Shown here: positions 1 through 8,868 of the stretch, piece after piece
How positions within the stretch are numbered: the stretch's first letter is position 1
Layout of the letters: each line of letters starts with the position of its first letter
Virus record (IMG/VR): IMGVR_UViG_3300032270_001670
Coordinates: 1-49,116 of that record
Strand: one strand, 5' to 3'
Source of the DNA: a virus
Taxonomy: Duplodnaviria > Caudoviricetes
DNA length: 49,116 nucleotides
The notes under the pieces: generated by a model
Seen by the model: the letters and a program-made list of their open reading frames with translations, nothing else
What the model was told of the DNA's origin: nothing
The model's database searches: none
Program-made: the position numbers and the translations under genes

Positions 1-291
1 CAAGGTACTCAAGGAAGACAAGGGCTTCAAGGTAATCAAGGACTCCAAGGTAATCAGGGTAATCAAAGTACTCAAGGTACTCACGGAAGACAAGGGCTTC
101 AAGGCAATCAAGGTAATCAAAGTACTCAAGGTACTCAAGGAAGACAAGGACTACAAGGTTTAAGTAATCAAGGTTCTCAAGGTCTTCAAGGTAATCAGGG
201 TAATCAAAGTGCTCAAGGTCTTCAAGGTCTTCAAGGTCTTCAAGGTAATCAGGGTAATCAAAGTGCTCAAGGTCTTCAAGGTCTTCAAGGT
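1..291 (+). repeat. Degenerate 9-bp tandem repeat (caaggtnnn) encoding QGX
   Basis: Directly visible caaggtact/caaggtctt/caaggtaat units. Confidence 0.95.
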
Positions 292-555
292 CTTATTGGA
301 CCTGTTGCGGGTAGTGATGGGCAGGTAATTTATAATAACGGTGGAGTTGCCGGTGGTGCATCAGGACTTAATTATGATGATATAAATGTAAGAGTTGGTA
401 TTGGAACCAGTTCGCCACAATTCCTTGCTGATGTTGCGGGAGACCTTCGTATTACCAGTTCTAATAAAATGAGATTCGGTGGAACCGCAGGAACCACAAA
501 CTTCTATATACAGTACAACTCAACTGCAAATAGTTTGGACTTTGTAGCAGGATAA
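1..555 (+). CDS. 3' part of a collagen-like (Gln-Gly-X) tail fibre protein, 5'-truncated
   Basis: Frame 1 open from base 1 to TAA 553-555: QGTQGRQGLQGNQ... then GPVAGSDGQVIYNN...RVGIGTSSPQ...LDFVAG; absent from ORF track because it has no start. Confidence 0.85.
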   Translation, partial: QGTQGRQGLQGNQGLQGNQGNQSTQGTHGRQGLQGNQGNQSTQGTQGRQGLQGLSNQGSQGLQGNQGNQSAQGLQGLQGLQGNQGNQSAQGLQGLQGLIGPVAGSDGQVIYNNGGVAGGASGLNYDDINVRVGIGTSSPQFLADVAGDLRITSSNKMRFGGTAGTTNFYIQYNSTANSLDFVAG

Positions 556-559
556 GATT

Positions 560-856
560 ATGCCAGTCGTAGGAAGATTAGATCAATATGCATCAATGCT
601 CGCATATGAGTTTGATGAGACTACTGCAAATAATCCAAGTATTACTGGACTTGGAACTTATTATGCATCAGAGTTTTCTGAGAATGTGGGAATCACAACA
701 ACACTTGATGCAAATGTCTTTCCACCTTATGACCCTGTATATGATGAGTTTGGAGGAACTCTATTTGGTGCAGGGCAAGGAAGATATATGAGACAAAATA
801 CTGATAAGTCGGTGATTGTTTATAATGAAATTGATGAAGTCACAACTATTTACTAA
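560..856 (+). CDS. Hypothetical virion-associated protein
   Basis: 98 aa ORF packed 4 nt after the fibre stop; C-terminal YNEIDEVT. Confidence 0.65.
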   Translation: MPVVGRLDQYASMLAYEFDETTANNPSITGLGTYYASEFSENVGITTTLDANVFPPYDPVYDEFGGTLFGAGQGRYMRQNTDKSVIVYNEIDEVTTIY

Positions 857-859
857 CAC

Positions 860-866
860 ATAAATA
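860..866 (+). promoter_or_regulatory. T4-like late promoter ATAAATA
   Basis: Intergenic, 21 nt before ATG 888. Confidence 0.65.
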
Positions 867-887
867 TATCAAAGGTATTCATTAATT

Positions 888-3800
888 ATGGCAAGAAAGG
901 CAATACTGGAAACTGGATATACATTCACACCTTCCACAAATACCATAGTTATTCCTCGTGTCATACCGAGAGAACGATTAATTCTGATTACCAATGTAAC
1001 GACGAACACGGTAATCTATAATTTTTCTGACTCAAACCTAAAGGCAAATACTTATACTGTTTCAACTTCCAGTGGTACGAATACAACCACAGTCGTATTG
1101 AATTATAATACTTCTGGAATGAGTAGTACTGATAAACTTCAAATCATCGTAGATGAGTATGATGAGAAGTTTACTCCTTCTGAAGCATATGTAGACCCTG
1201 TAAATAAATTTAGAGTTTCATCCCCACAAGCACTGATTGATACTGACTTTGAGTATGGTAGTCAGGTTACAAAATGGGAAAATCTTGCGATGATTAATAA
1301 TCGTCCTTTTGCTTATCCTTCTTCCGTTGGCATAACTGGAATCGGTACAATTACATTACCTACTAACTCAAGAACAGTCACAGTTGTAGTTTCTGGTGGT
1401 GCTCCACCTGGAATTGGAACAGCAATTACGGTCCAAGATGCTTATCTGAATATTGCGAACGGAAACTTTATTGTAGAATCTGTTGGTTCTGGTAATACAA
1501 ACTTTACTTATACTGCAAGAGCAACAAATACCACAACGGTCACGGATATTTTTGACCCCAATAAGACTGGTATATTTTCCGGAACCACATATACAAATGC
1601 TCAAATTGGTGGAACTCCAACATTTTCTTGGACTTCTGGAACTACAATTCCCGTAACGACTTCAGTTCCACACGGTCTTGCAATTGGTAATGAGGTTTCA
1701 GTTGTTGGAACATCACAGACAAATGCAAATGGTTCTTTTGTGGTTGCAACAATTACCAGTTCAACTGCATTTACTTATTATTCAACTACTGCACCAGCAG
1801 CAAACCCAACTGGTGGAAGAATCTTTGTAAGACCTCAGGGACAATTTTTGCACAGACCATTTGATGGTGGAATTATTTTCACATCAAACTCAAATGGAAA
1901 TTTTGAGCAAGCAATTCGTCAAACCAGAAGATATTTCCGTTATCAATCTGGTAAAGGTATTCAAGTCAGTTCTGGTACTATTCTAAAACCAAGTTTGCAG
2001 ATTGATAGTTTAACTTCTTCAGGAACAACTGTAACGGTTCAAACAAAAGAACAACACAATATTCAGGCAGCAACACCAGGAACTCAAGTTACAATTTCTG
2101 GTGCAAATGAATCTGCATATAATGGAACTTTTACGATTACTTCTGTTACTGGATATAATACTTTCCAATATACTGCATTATCAACTCCTTCCGCATCACC
2201 AGCATCTGGAACTTATAATTGTTCTGTTTCAAGTTGGTATGGTTGTTCCAATCGTCTTGGAAGTTTTGATGCTCAAAATGGTATATTCTTTGAGTTTGAT
2301 GGGCAAACACTTTCTGCGGTTCGTAGAAGTTCTACCTATCAACTTGCAGGAAAAGTGAGTGTTATAAATGGAGACAATACAATCACTCAAACAAATGCAT
2401 CATTCCCAACGGTATTTTCAAAACAACTGAATATTGGAGATTTTGTTGTTCTTCGTGGACAATCATATCGTATTGTTGACATTGCAAGTGATACTTCCAT
2501 GACAATTTCTCCTTCTTATAGAGGAGCAACTGCAGATTATGTAATCATTTCAAAAACACAAGATACAAAATATCCACAGTCAACTTGGAATATTGATAAG
2601 TGTGATGGCACAGGTCCTTCTGGATATAATATTGACCTCACCAAGATGCAGATGTTCTATATGGACTATTCTTGGTATGGTGCTGGATTCATTCGTTGGG
2701 GATTCCGTGGACCAGATGGCAATGTAATTTACTGCCATAAAATACCAAATAATAATGTCAATACAGAAGCATATATGCGTTCTGGAAACTTACCAGCACG
2801 TTATGAATCTGAAAGTCTTCCACCAACAACCAAGATTACTGGAAATCTAAGTGCATCTGATACAACTGTTGGTATAGCAAGTACAGCAGGATTCCCAACT
2901 GCTGGTACAATCGTAGTTCGTAATGCAAATACTTATGAGTATATGAATTATGCTGGTATTGGTACAACTGCATTTACTGGAGTGACAAGAGCAAGGTCTG
3001 GTAGTACTTCTCTTGCACTTACGGTTGCTTCTGGATCTAATGTGGCAACTGCAACCACCACAAACCTACAAGTAGGTCAAAGAGTCATTGGTGGATTCCC
3101 AGAAGGAACATACGTCAGTTCAATTGGTGTTGGAAATATTACATTAAGTCAGGCAGCAACCACAGCAAACCCAACAGTAATTATTCCTCCAATGGGTGTA
3201 TCTGCGGGAGTGGCATTTACTTTCTCTGCTACAGACCCAGTTGCCGTTGAACTTGCATTCCCGACTTATGGACCTTCTATTTCTCACTGGGGTACAAGTG
3301 TCATTATGGACGGTCGTTATGATGATGATAAATCCTTGGTCTTTACTTATGGTCAAAGAACTACTACTACTATTTCTCCTGGTGCTGCAAACGCAAGAGC
3401 ACTACTTGCAATTCGTGTGGCACCATCGGTAGATAATGGTATTGCTGCGGCATTCGGACAAAGAGAATTAATTAATAGAATGCAATTGGTTCTTCGAAAT
3501 CTGGGAATCTCAATTCGTGGTAGTACAACATCAAACATTCTTGTACAAGCACTCTTAAATGCGACTCCATCAACTACAAATACTTGGACGAATGCTATTG
3601 GTAATGCTACGGGACAACAAAATTCCAGTTTGGCACAAATTATTGACTATGCCGGTGGTTCAACTACAGTAACAGGTGGTGAAGTTACTGCAGGACTATT
3701 CTCTTCTGGTACTAGCACACTTGATTTGACTACTGTAAGGGATTTGGGTAATTGTATTCTTGGAGGAGGTGGCACCACTTCAAATAGTGGAATATTCCCA

Positions 3801-3899
3801 GATGGTCCTGATACATTAACGATTGTGGTCACTAATCTTGCTGCATCTGGTAATGTAGATGTAACTGCAAGAATTTCTTGGACGGAGGCACAAGCATAA
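888..3899 (+). CDS. Large Thr/Ser/Gly-rich virion structural (fibre/baseplate-associated) protein
   Basis: 1003 aa, beta-rich, repeated modules (VTTSVPHGLAIGNEVSV..NGSFVV / VQTKEQHNI..NGTFTI), DYSWYGAG motif; follows a late promoter. Confidence 0.7.
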   Translation: MARKAILETGYTFTPSTNTIVIPRVIPRERLILITNVTTNTVIYNFSDSNLKANTYTVSTSSGTNTTTVVLNYNTSGMSSTDKLQIIVDEYDEKFTPSEAYVDPVNKFRVSSPQALIDTDFEYGSQVTKWENLAMINNRPFAYPSSVGITGIGTITLPTNSRTVTVVVSGGAPPGIGTAITVQDAYLNIANGNFIVESVGSGNTNFTYTARATNTTTVTDIFDPNKTGIFSGTTYTNAQIGGTPTFSWTSGTTIPVTTSVPHGLAIGNEVSVVGTSQTNANGSFVVATITSSTAFTYYSTTAPAANPTGGRIFVRPQGQFLHRPFDGGIIFTSNSNGNFEQAIRQTRRYFRYQSGKGIQVSSGTILKPSLQIDSLTSSGTTVTVQTKEQHNIQAATPGTQVTISGANESAYNGTFTITSVTGYNTFQYTALSTPSASPASGTYNCSVSSWYGCSNRLGSFDAQNGIFFEFDGQTLSAVRRSSTYQLAGKVSVINGDNTITQTNASFPTVFSKQLNIGDFVVLRGQSYRIVDIASDTSMTISPSYRGATADYVIISKTQDTKYPQSTWNIDKCDGTGPSGYNIDLTKMQMFYMDYSWYGAGFIRWGFRGPDGNVIYCHKIPNNNVNTEAYMRSGNLPARYESESLPPTTKITGNLSASDTTVGIASTAGFPTAGTIVVRNANTYEYMNYAGIGTTAFTGVTRARSGSTSLALTVASGSNVATATTTNLQVGQRVIGGFPEGTYVSSIGVGNITLSQAATTANPTVIIPPMGVSAGVAFTFSATDPVAVELAFPTYGPSISHWGTSVIMDGRYDDDKSLVFTYGQRTTTTISPGAANARALLAIRVAPSVDNGIAAAFGQRELINRMQLVLRNLGISIRGSTTSNILVQALLNATPSTTNTWTNAIGNATGQQNSSLAQIIDYAGGSTTVTGGEVTAGLFSSGTSTLDLTTVRDLGNCILGGGGTTSNSGIFPDGPDTLTIVVTNLAASGNVDVTARISWTEAQA

Positions 3900-3902
3900 G
3901 AG

Positions 3903-4175
3903 ATGGCAAAACTTAAATCTGGTACAAGAATATACGGAACAGCAACAGTTGATAGTGGATTAACGGTTAGTGCTGGTGGAATAAATGCCACCGGGGTTAC
4001 AACATCAACTTCATTTAGTGGTTCTGGAACAAACTTAACCGGTATTGTAACTTCTATTGTTGCGGGCACTAATATCACTGTTTCTGGTTCTACTGGACAA
4101 GTAACAATTAATTCTTCTGGAGGAGGTGGGGGAATAACTGAAATTGATATATTAGAAGTTATGTTATTCGCATAA
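3903..4175 (+). CDS. Small fibre-associated protein
   Basis: MAKLKSGTRIYG start; GIVTSIVAGTNITVSGSTGQVTIN fibre-like segment. Confidence 0.6.
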   Translation: MAKLKSGTRIYGTATVDSGLTVSAGGINATGVTTSTSFSGSGTNLTGIVTSIVAGTNITVSGSTGQVTINSSGGGGGITEIDILEVMLFA

Positions 4176-4178
4176 ATA
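4172..4178 (+). promoter_or_regulatory. T4-like late promoter ATAAATA
   Basis: Overlaps stop of previous gene, 21 nt before ATG 4200. Confidence 0.6.
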
Positions 4179-4199
4179 TTCAAAAAGTAAACTAATATA

Positions 4200-4559
4200 A
4201 TGGCCCTTGCAAAGGTAGGATTAGGAACAGTCACAAGAATTGGAACATCAACCACAACGACAGTTTATACTGTAGGTTCTGCAAAGACTACTTATATTCG
4301 TTCAGTAGTAATTCACAATACTGACACTGCGAATTCAAGTACTGTAAAAATTCATATTGTTCCAGTTTCTGGTGGAAGTGTAGGAACCGCAAGTTCTGGT
4401 AATCAACTTGCACAACTTTCAATACAACCAGTAGATACTTACTTCTTTGAACTTGCTTATCCTATTACATTAGCAACTAACAACGATAGTGTTCAGATTG
4501 CTAATACGAGCACTGCAGCTGCAATTAATGTTTTAATTCTTGGTGATAAGGAGGCTTGA
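4200..4559 (+). CDS. Hypothetical virion protein (beta-sandwich-like)
   Basis: 119 aa ORF after late promoter. Confidence 0.65.
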   Translation: MALAKVGLGTVTRIGTSTTTTVYTVGSAKTTYIRSVVIHNTDTANSSTVKIHIVPVSGGSVGTASSGNQLAQLSIQPVDTYFFELAYPITLATNNDSVQIANTSTAAAINVLILGDKEA

Positions 4560-4562
4560 TAA

Positions 4563-6437
4563 ATGGCAGGTAAAAGTTCAAATTTTGGTAATTGGGCTCC
4601 TGGTTCTCCAGCAACAAGATATAAAGCAAGTGGAAAAAACAGAGAGTTTTATACTTTTGAAAATGCTCCGGGTATAGGTGCTTACGCTACTGGCGGAACA
4701 GTTATTGATGGTGAGGATGGATACATCTATCACATTTTTACTGGTGATGGAACTTTTTTGGTAAATCGTCCACCTGCAGCAATTGATAGTGTTGATTATT
4801 TAATTGTTGCTGGCGGTGGTGGAAGTGCCTCTAGTCCCTCTGGTGGTGGGGGTGGTGGAGGAGGATTTTTATTTGGAAACGTAACAGTATCAAATGCTCC
4901 TGGTTCTTATGTAATAACTGTTGGTGCAGGTGGACCAGTTACTTTTCCCGGAACTGGAAGTCCATCTTCGGCATTTTCGATAACCGCTGCAGGTGGAGGA
5001 GGAAGCGGTCCAGCACCCGGTGGACCAGGAGCATCTGGTGGAAGCGCAGGCGGCGGCAGCGGTCCAGGAGCTTTTGGTGGAGGAAGTTCAAGCCCAGTAA
5101 CAATACCTAGACAGGGGTATCCTTCTGGATCCTCGGCAACATTCGTGCCAACCAACTCGAACGCGGGTGGTGGTGGCGGAGGCGCTGGTGGACCTGGCAG
5201 CAACGGAACCGCTGGTCCACCAGCAATAGGTGGCGCAGGCGGTCCTGCAAGAATTGATCCCAATTTTCCATCAACTATTATTAGTAAAGCAATACCTGCT
5301 CCTGTTTTACCTACTTGGAGCCCATTAGTTGCACCTAATGGTTATGCAGCAGGAGGAACTGGAAGGCCTGCACCAGCACCTTTACAAAGAACTTCTCCTG
5401 CTAATAGTGGATATGGTGCATCTGGTTCTGGCCCTGACGCTGGTGGTTCTGGAATTGTATGTATAAGATACAAAAAAACAACACCATATTCAAGAGCAAC
5501 TGGTGGTACTGTCGAACCAAGCACTGACCCAAATCATCCTGGAGTATGGAGACATATTTTTACAACACCAGGAACTTTTACAGTTACTGATCCAACTCTT
5601 CAATGGATTGATTATCTTGCTGTGGGGGGAGGAGGTGGTGGTGGTGGAGCTCCAGCTCCTCTAGCTGGTGGTGGTGGAGGGGGAGGAGGATTTGTGACTT
5701 CTATTGAATCCTCCGATAGTACTCCAACTGTTATTCCTGAAGCGTATCCGTGGAATCCTGGATACTCGATAAGAGTAGGGGAACAGATGCCAGTGGCTGC
5801 TGGACCTTATCCGGTTTCAATAGGACCTGGAGGACCTGGAGGAGGAGCAGCAGGAGGAACCGGAACTACGGGTACACCGACGACCATTGGCGCTCCGGGC
5901 CCTACGCAGATCATAGCCTATGGAGGTGGCGGCGGGGCCAATGCGGCTCCTCCTGCCGCAATAATCACTGGGGGATCAGGGGCTTCAGGTGGTGGTGGCG
6001 CTAAACCCGCTACTCCAGGTAGTGGCGGCGGCGGATCTGCATCTCCATCGGGACCAATTAGTGCTCTTGGAACTCAAGGCAATAATGGTGGGCCAGTTCC
6101 GTTCCCAGCAGCTCTTAGTGGTGGCGCAGGTGGTGGTGCCTCGGGATCTCCAGGTGGTCCATTAGTAGGAGGCACTGGGTGGTATTCAGTTATATCTCCA
6201 CCTGCATATGGAACATCTGGACCAGTATCAGGAAGAAGATATTTTGCTGGTGGAGGAGGGGGTTTTCCAGGTGGTGCAGCACCATTGGGTGGAGGTGGTG
6301 GTGCTGGAGCTCCTTTAACTCCCAGACCAGCTACAGCAAACACTGGTGGTGGAGGAGGTTCTGGTGGACCATCCCCTGGAGGACTTACTGCTGGAACCGG
6401 TGGTTCAGGTATTGTGATTATTCAATATCCAGAATAA
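4563..6437 (+). CDS. Gly/Pro-rich virion protein with two tandem glycine-rich domains
   Basis: Two units ATGG..HIFT..GTF.V..DYL.V.GGGG...GGSGIV.I.Y; RBS ggagg upstream; visibly more GC-rich than flanks. Confidence 0.8.
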   Translation: MAGKSSNFGNWAPGSPATRYKASGKNREFYTFENAPGIGAYATGGTVIDGEDGYIYHIFTGDGTFLVNRPPAAIDSVDYLIVAGGGGSASSPSGGGGGGGGFLFGNVTVSNAPGSYVITVGAGGPVTFPGTGSPSSAFSITAAGGGGSGPAPGGPGASGGSAGGGSGPGAFGGGSSSPVTIPRQGYPSGSSATFVPTNSNAGGGGGGAGGPGSNGTAGPPAIGGAGGPARIDPNFPSTIISKAIPAPVLPTWSPLVAPNGYAAGGTGRPAPAPLQRTSPANSGYGASGSGPDAGGSGIVCIRYKKTTPYSRATGGTVEPSTDPNHPGVWRHIFTTPGTFTVTDPTLQWIDYLAVGGGGGGGGAPAPLAGGGGGGGGFVTSIESSDSTPTVIPEAYPWNPGYSIRVGEQMPVAAGPYPVSIGPGGPGGGAAGGTGTTGTPTTIGAPGPTQIIAYGGGGGANAAPPAAIITGGSGASGGGGAKPATPGSGGGGSASPSGPISALGTQGNNGGPVPFPAALSGGAGGGASGSPGGPLVGGTGWYSVISPPAYGTSGPVSGRRYFAGGGGGFPGGAAPLGGGGGAGAPLTPRPATANTGGGGGSGGPSPGGLTAGTGGSGIVIIQYPE

Positions 6438-6452
6438 GGAGGTAAAATTTAT

Positions 6453-6845
6453 ATGGCACATTTTGCACAGATTGATTATGAGAACAAAGTTATAAGAGTA
6501 TCTGTCGTGAGAAATGGAGATATTATTGATGGTGATAGAAATGAAAGTGAGGAAGTAGGAATAGAATATCTTAAATCTCTATATGGTGAAAAAACCATGT
6601 GGATTCAAACATCATACAATAATAGTTTTAGATGTCGTTATGCTGGAATAGGAATGGTTTATAATGTAGAACATGATGTATTTTTATTTCCTCAACCTTA
6701 TCCTTCTTGGATTTTAAATACTGAAAATTATGATTGGGATTCGCCAGTGCCAAAACCAGAACTTACCGAAGAGCAAAAAGAATCTGGAAGCGATTATGAA
6801 TGGAATGAAGAAATTCAACAATGGGAATTAAAAACTCAGACTTGA
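6453..6845 (+). CDS. MAHFA-type partner protein of Gly-rich protein (paralog 1)
   Basis: MAHFAQID...WIQTSYN..FRCRYAGIG...PYPSW; RBS aggagg. Confidence 0.8.
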   Translation: MAHFAQIDYENKVIRVSVVRNGDIIDGDRNESEEVGIEYLKSLYGEKTMWIQTSYNNSFRCRYAGIGMVYNVEHDVFLFPQPYPSWILNTENYDWDSPVPKPELTEEQKESGSDYEWNEEIQQWELKTQT

Positions 6846-6870
6846 TATTTCTATAAAAATACTATATAAT
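6842..6870 (+). promoter_or_regulatory. Sigma70-type early promoter
   Basis: TTGATA-17 nt-TATAAT upstream of ATG 6894. Confidence 0.75.
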
Positions 6871-6893
6871 GGTGTTGAATAGATTATAAACTA

Positions 6894-7514
6894 ATGGCAT
6901 TTCAGACAATCTGGCATTTTAGTGATATTCCTGAAAAAATTATAGAATCAATCGAAGAAGATTTGACGGATAAATTTCAAGAACAAATGGGAGACTCCAA
7001 GTTAATGGGAGATGCTCTCAATCGTGATAAAAGAAATTCAAAAAATGCATGGATTCCTACAAATCATTGGACGGCAGGATTTGTCTGGCACTATGTTGAA
7101 AGAGCAAATCGTGAAAATTTTCTTTATGATATAAGAAATATTGATGGTGAATCAATGCAATTCACTCAATATGGTATTGGTGAATTTTATGGATGGCATA
7201 ATGATGCAGGTATTTCAGGTCATTATAAACCAGTATCTGTTGGAAATCATCACGAAGGAAGAGCGCAGGATTATTTAAATGAAAATCTAGAACTTGTCAG
7301 AAAACTTTCCTTTGTAGTTCAACTTTCAGATCCTGATGATTATGAAGGTGGAAATCTTCAACTTCTTGCAGAGGATGGTAAATCTTACTTTGCTCCAAGA
7401 AAAAGAGGAACCGTAATCGTATTTGATTCAAGAACTCAACATCGTGTTCTTAAAGTGACTAAAGGAACTCGTAAGAGTCTTGTTGGTTGGGTAGTTGGAC
7501 CACGTTGGAAGTGA
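6894..7514 (+). CDS. 2OG-Fe(II) oxygenase (PKHD/prolyl-hydroxylase-like)
   Basis: YGWHND (HxD), RKLSFVVQLSDPDDYEGG, HRVLKVTKGTRKSLVGW (distal H, R). Confidence 0.9.
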   Translation: MAFQTIWHFSDIPEKIIESIEEDLTDKFQEQMGDSKLMGDALNRDKRNSKNAWIPTNHWTAGFVWHYVERANRENFLYDIRNIDGESMQFTQYGIGEFYGWHNDAGISGHYKPVSVGNHHEGRAQDYLNENLELVRKLSFVVQLSDPDDYEGGNLQLLAEDGKSYFAPRKRGTVIVFDSRTQHRVLKVTKGTRKSLVGWVVGPRWK

Positions 7515-7522
7515 GGTGAATT

Positions 7523-8242
7523 ATGACAGAACAAATGACAGAAGAGCAACTCTTCTACCAAGAAAGATTGAATACTGGAACTTCTTGGACTCGTAATGAA
7601 TTCTTTGAAAAAAATGGATACTTAGTGATTAAAAATCTGTGGGATTCAAAAGAACTTTATCGTCCTGTTCCAGAAGAAAGAGGACAGATGAGTTATTGGG
7701 GAACTAAATTAGATCAATTTACTTATTGTGAATTGGAACAACAGGTGGAAGGATCTCTTGCTTGCTACTGGCATCCACAATATCGCTCAATTCATTCAGG
7801 AATTCGTGTTAAGTTAGAAAAAGAACTTGGAAGAAAACTTTATAATACTTATTATTATGATCGGTTTTATTTTTCAGGGCAAGCACTAACAAAACATGCA
7901 GATCGTGATGCCTGTGAAATTTCGGTCACTGTTCATATTAGTTCTAATCTTCAAGAACCTTGGCCTATTTGGATTAAAACCCCAGATACTTATGCGGATG
8001 AGAAAAAAACAATCATCTTAAAAAAAGGAGAAAATCGTTCTGTGATATTATCTGCTGGTGATGGAATGATTTACAAGGGTTGTGAAAGACCTCACTGGAG
8101 AGACCCTATGCCTACTGAGTATCAAAGAACTTGGTATGGTAAGAGAGTAGAGAAAGAAGGTCTTTATTATCATCAAATTTTCTTTCATTATGTTCTTGCA
8201 GATGGTATAAGATCTCATTGTGCTAATGATATGGCAAGGTAA
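7523..8242 (+). CDS. 2OG-Fe(II) oxygenase-like protein
   Basis: LTKHADRDACEISVT (HxD), GDGMIYKGCERPHWR, QIFFHYV. Confidence 0.8.
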   Translation: MTEQMTEEQLFYQERLNTGTSWTRNEFFEKNGYLVIKNLWDSKELYRPVPEERGQMSYWGTKLDQFTYCELEQQVEGSLACYWHPQYRSIHSGIRVKLEKELGRKLYNTYYYDRFYFSGQALTKHADRDACEISVTVHISSNLQEPWPIWIKTPDTYADEKKTIILKKGENRSVILSAGDGMIYKGCERPHWRDPMPTEYQRTWYGKRVEKEGLYYHQIFFHYVLADGIRSHCANDMAR

Positions 8243-8248
8243 TAAATA
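8242..8248 (+). promoter_or_regulatory. T4-like late promoter ATAAATA
   Basis: 19 nt before ATG 8268. Confidence 0.6.
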
Positions 8249-8267
8249 GTAAAAAATGTGATATAAA

Positions 8268-8412
8268 ATGCCAACCAGTTTATCGTCATTTTTAGGAACT
8301 ACTTATAACAGTCAACACTGGCGGCGGTGGTGGTGGTGCTTCTCCTACTGGCGGCACTGGTGGCACTGGTGGATCTGGAATCATTATACTTCGATATAAA
8401 GCATATACATAA
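8268..8412 (+). pseudogene. Remnant: N-terminus of a structural gene joined out of frame to the C-terminus of a Gly-rich protein
   Basis: ATG 8268 reads MPTSLSSFLGTTYNS; another frame from 8308 reads TVNTGGGGGGASPTGGTGGTGGSGIIILRYKAYT* (stop 8412), resembling the end of 4563-6437. Confidence 0.7.
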
Positions 8413-8433
8413 TTAAAAAATAAAAATATAACT

Positions 8434-8829
8434 ATGGCACATTTTGCAGAATTAGATGAAAACAATATTGTTATGAGAGTAATCGTTCTATCAAATGAGG
8501 ATATTCTCGATTCCAATGGAAATGAAAGTGAAGATGTGGGCATATCGTATTGCCAAGAACTGCTTGGTGCAGATACAATATGGAAGCAAACATCTTATAA
8601 TAACAATTTTAGATGTCGTTATGCTGGAATTGGGATGATTTATAATGAGGAATATGATGTATTTGTACCTCCTTCACCATATCCTTCTTGGGTCTTAAAT
8701 ACTGAATATTATAATTGGGAACCTCCAATCGCATTACCAACAATTACAGAAGAACAGATAGAACAAAGATATTATTATGAATGGAATGAAGCGGAACAAA
8801 CTTGGGATTTAAAACAAAGATCAATATAG
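8434..8829 (+). CDS. MAHFA-type protein (paralog 2)
   Basis: Shares QTSYNN.FRCRYAGIGM.YN.E.DVF..P.PYPSW.LNTE.Y.W with 6453-6845. Confidence 0.8.
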   Translation: MAHFAELDENNIVMRVIVLSNEDILDSNGNESEDVGISYCQELLGADTIWKQTSYNNNFRCRYAGIGMIYNEEYDVFVPPSPYPSWVLNTEYYNWEPPIALPTITEEQIEQRYYYEWNEAEQTWDLKQRSI

Positions 8830-8838
8830 ATAAAACTG

Positions 8839-8847
8839 TGATATAAT
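8839..8847 (+). promoter_or_regulatory. Extended -10 promoter (TGnTATAAT) for the glycan cluster
   Basis: TGATATAAT 21 nt before ATG 8869; no clear -35. Confidence 0.55.
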
Positions 8848-8868
8848 AGTATTAAATTTGTAAAAAGT

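Noticed and set aside
3647-6445. Minus-strand Pro-rich and alternative-frame Trp/Arg-rich ORFs
   Set aside because: Shadows of Gly-codon runs in real plus-strand genes
8268-8399. Trp-rich 43 aa peptide as a functional gene
   Set aside because: The W/R-rich tail is Gly codons read out of frame; better explained as a remnant
6453-8829. Diversity-generating retroelement template/variable repeats
   Set aside because: No reverse transcriptase in the window; differences are not adenine-specific and both copies are full genes
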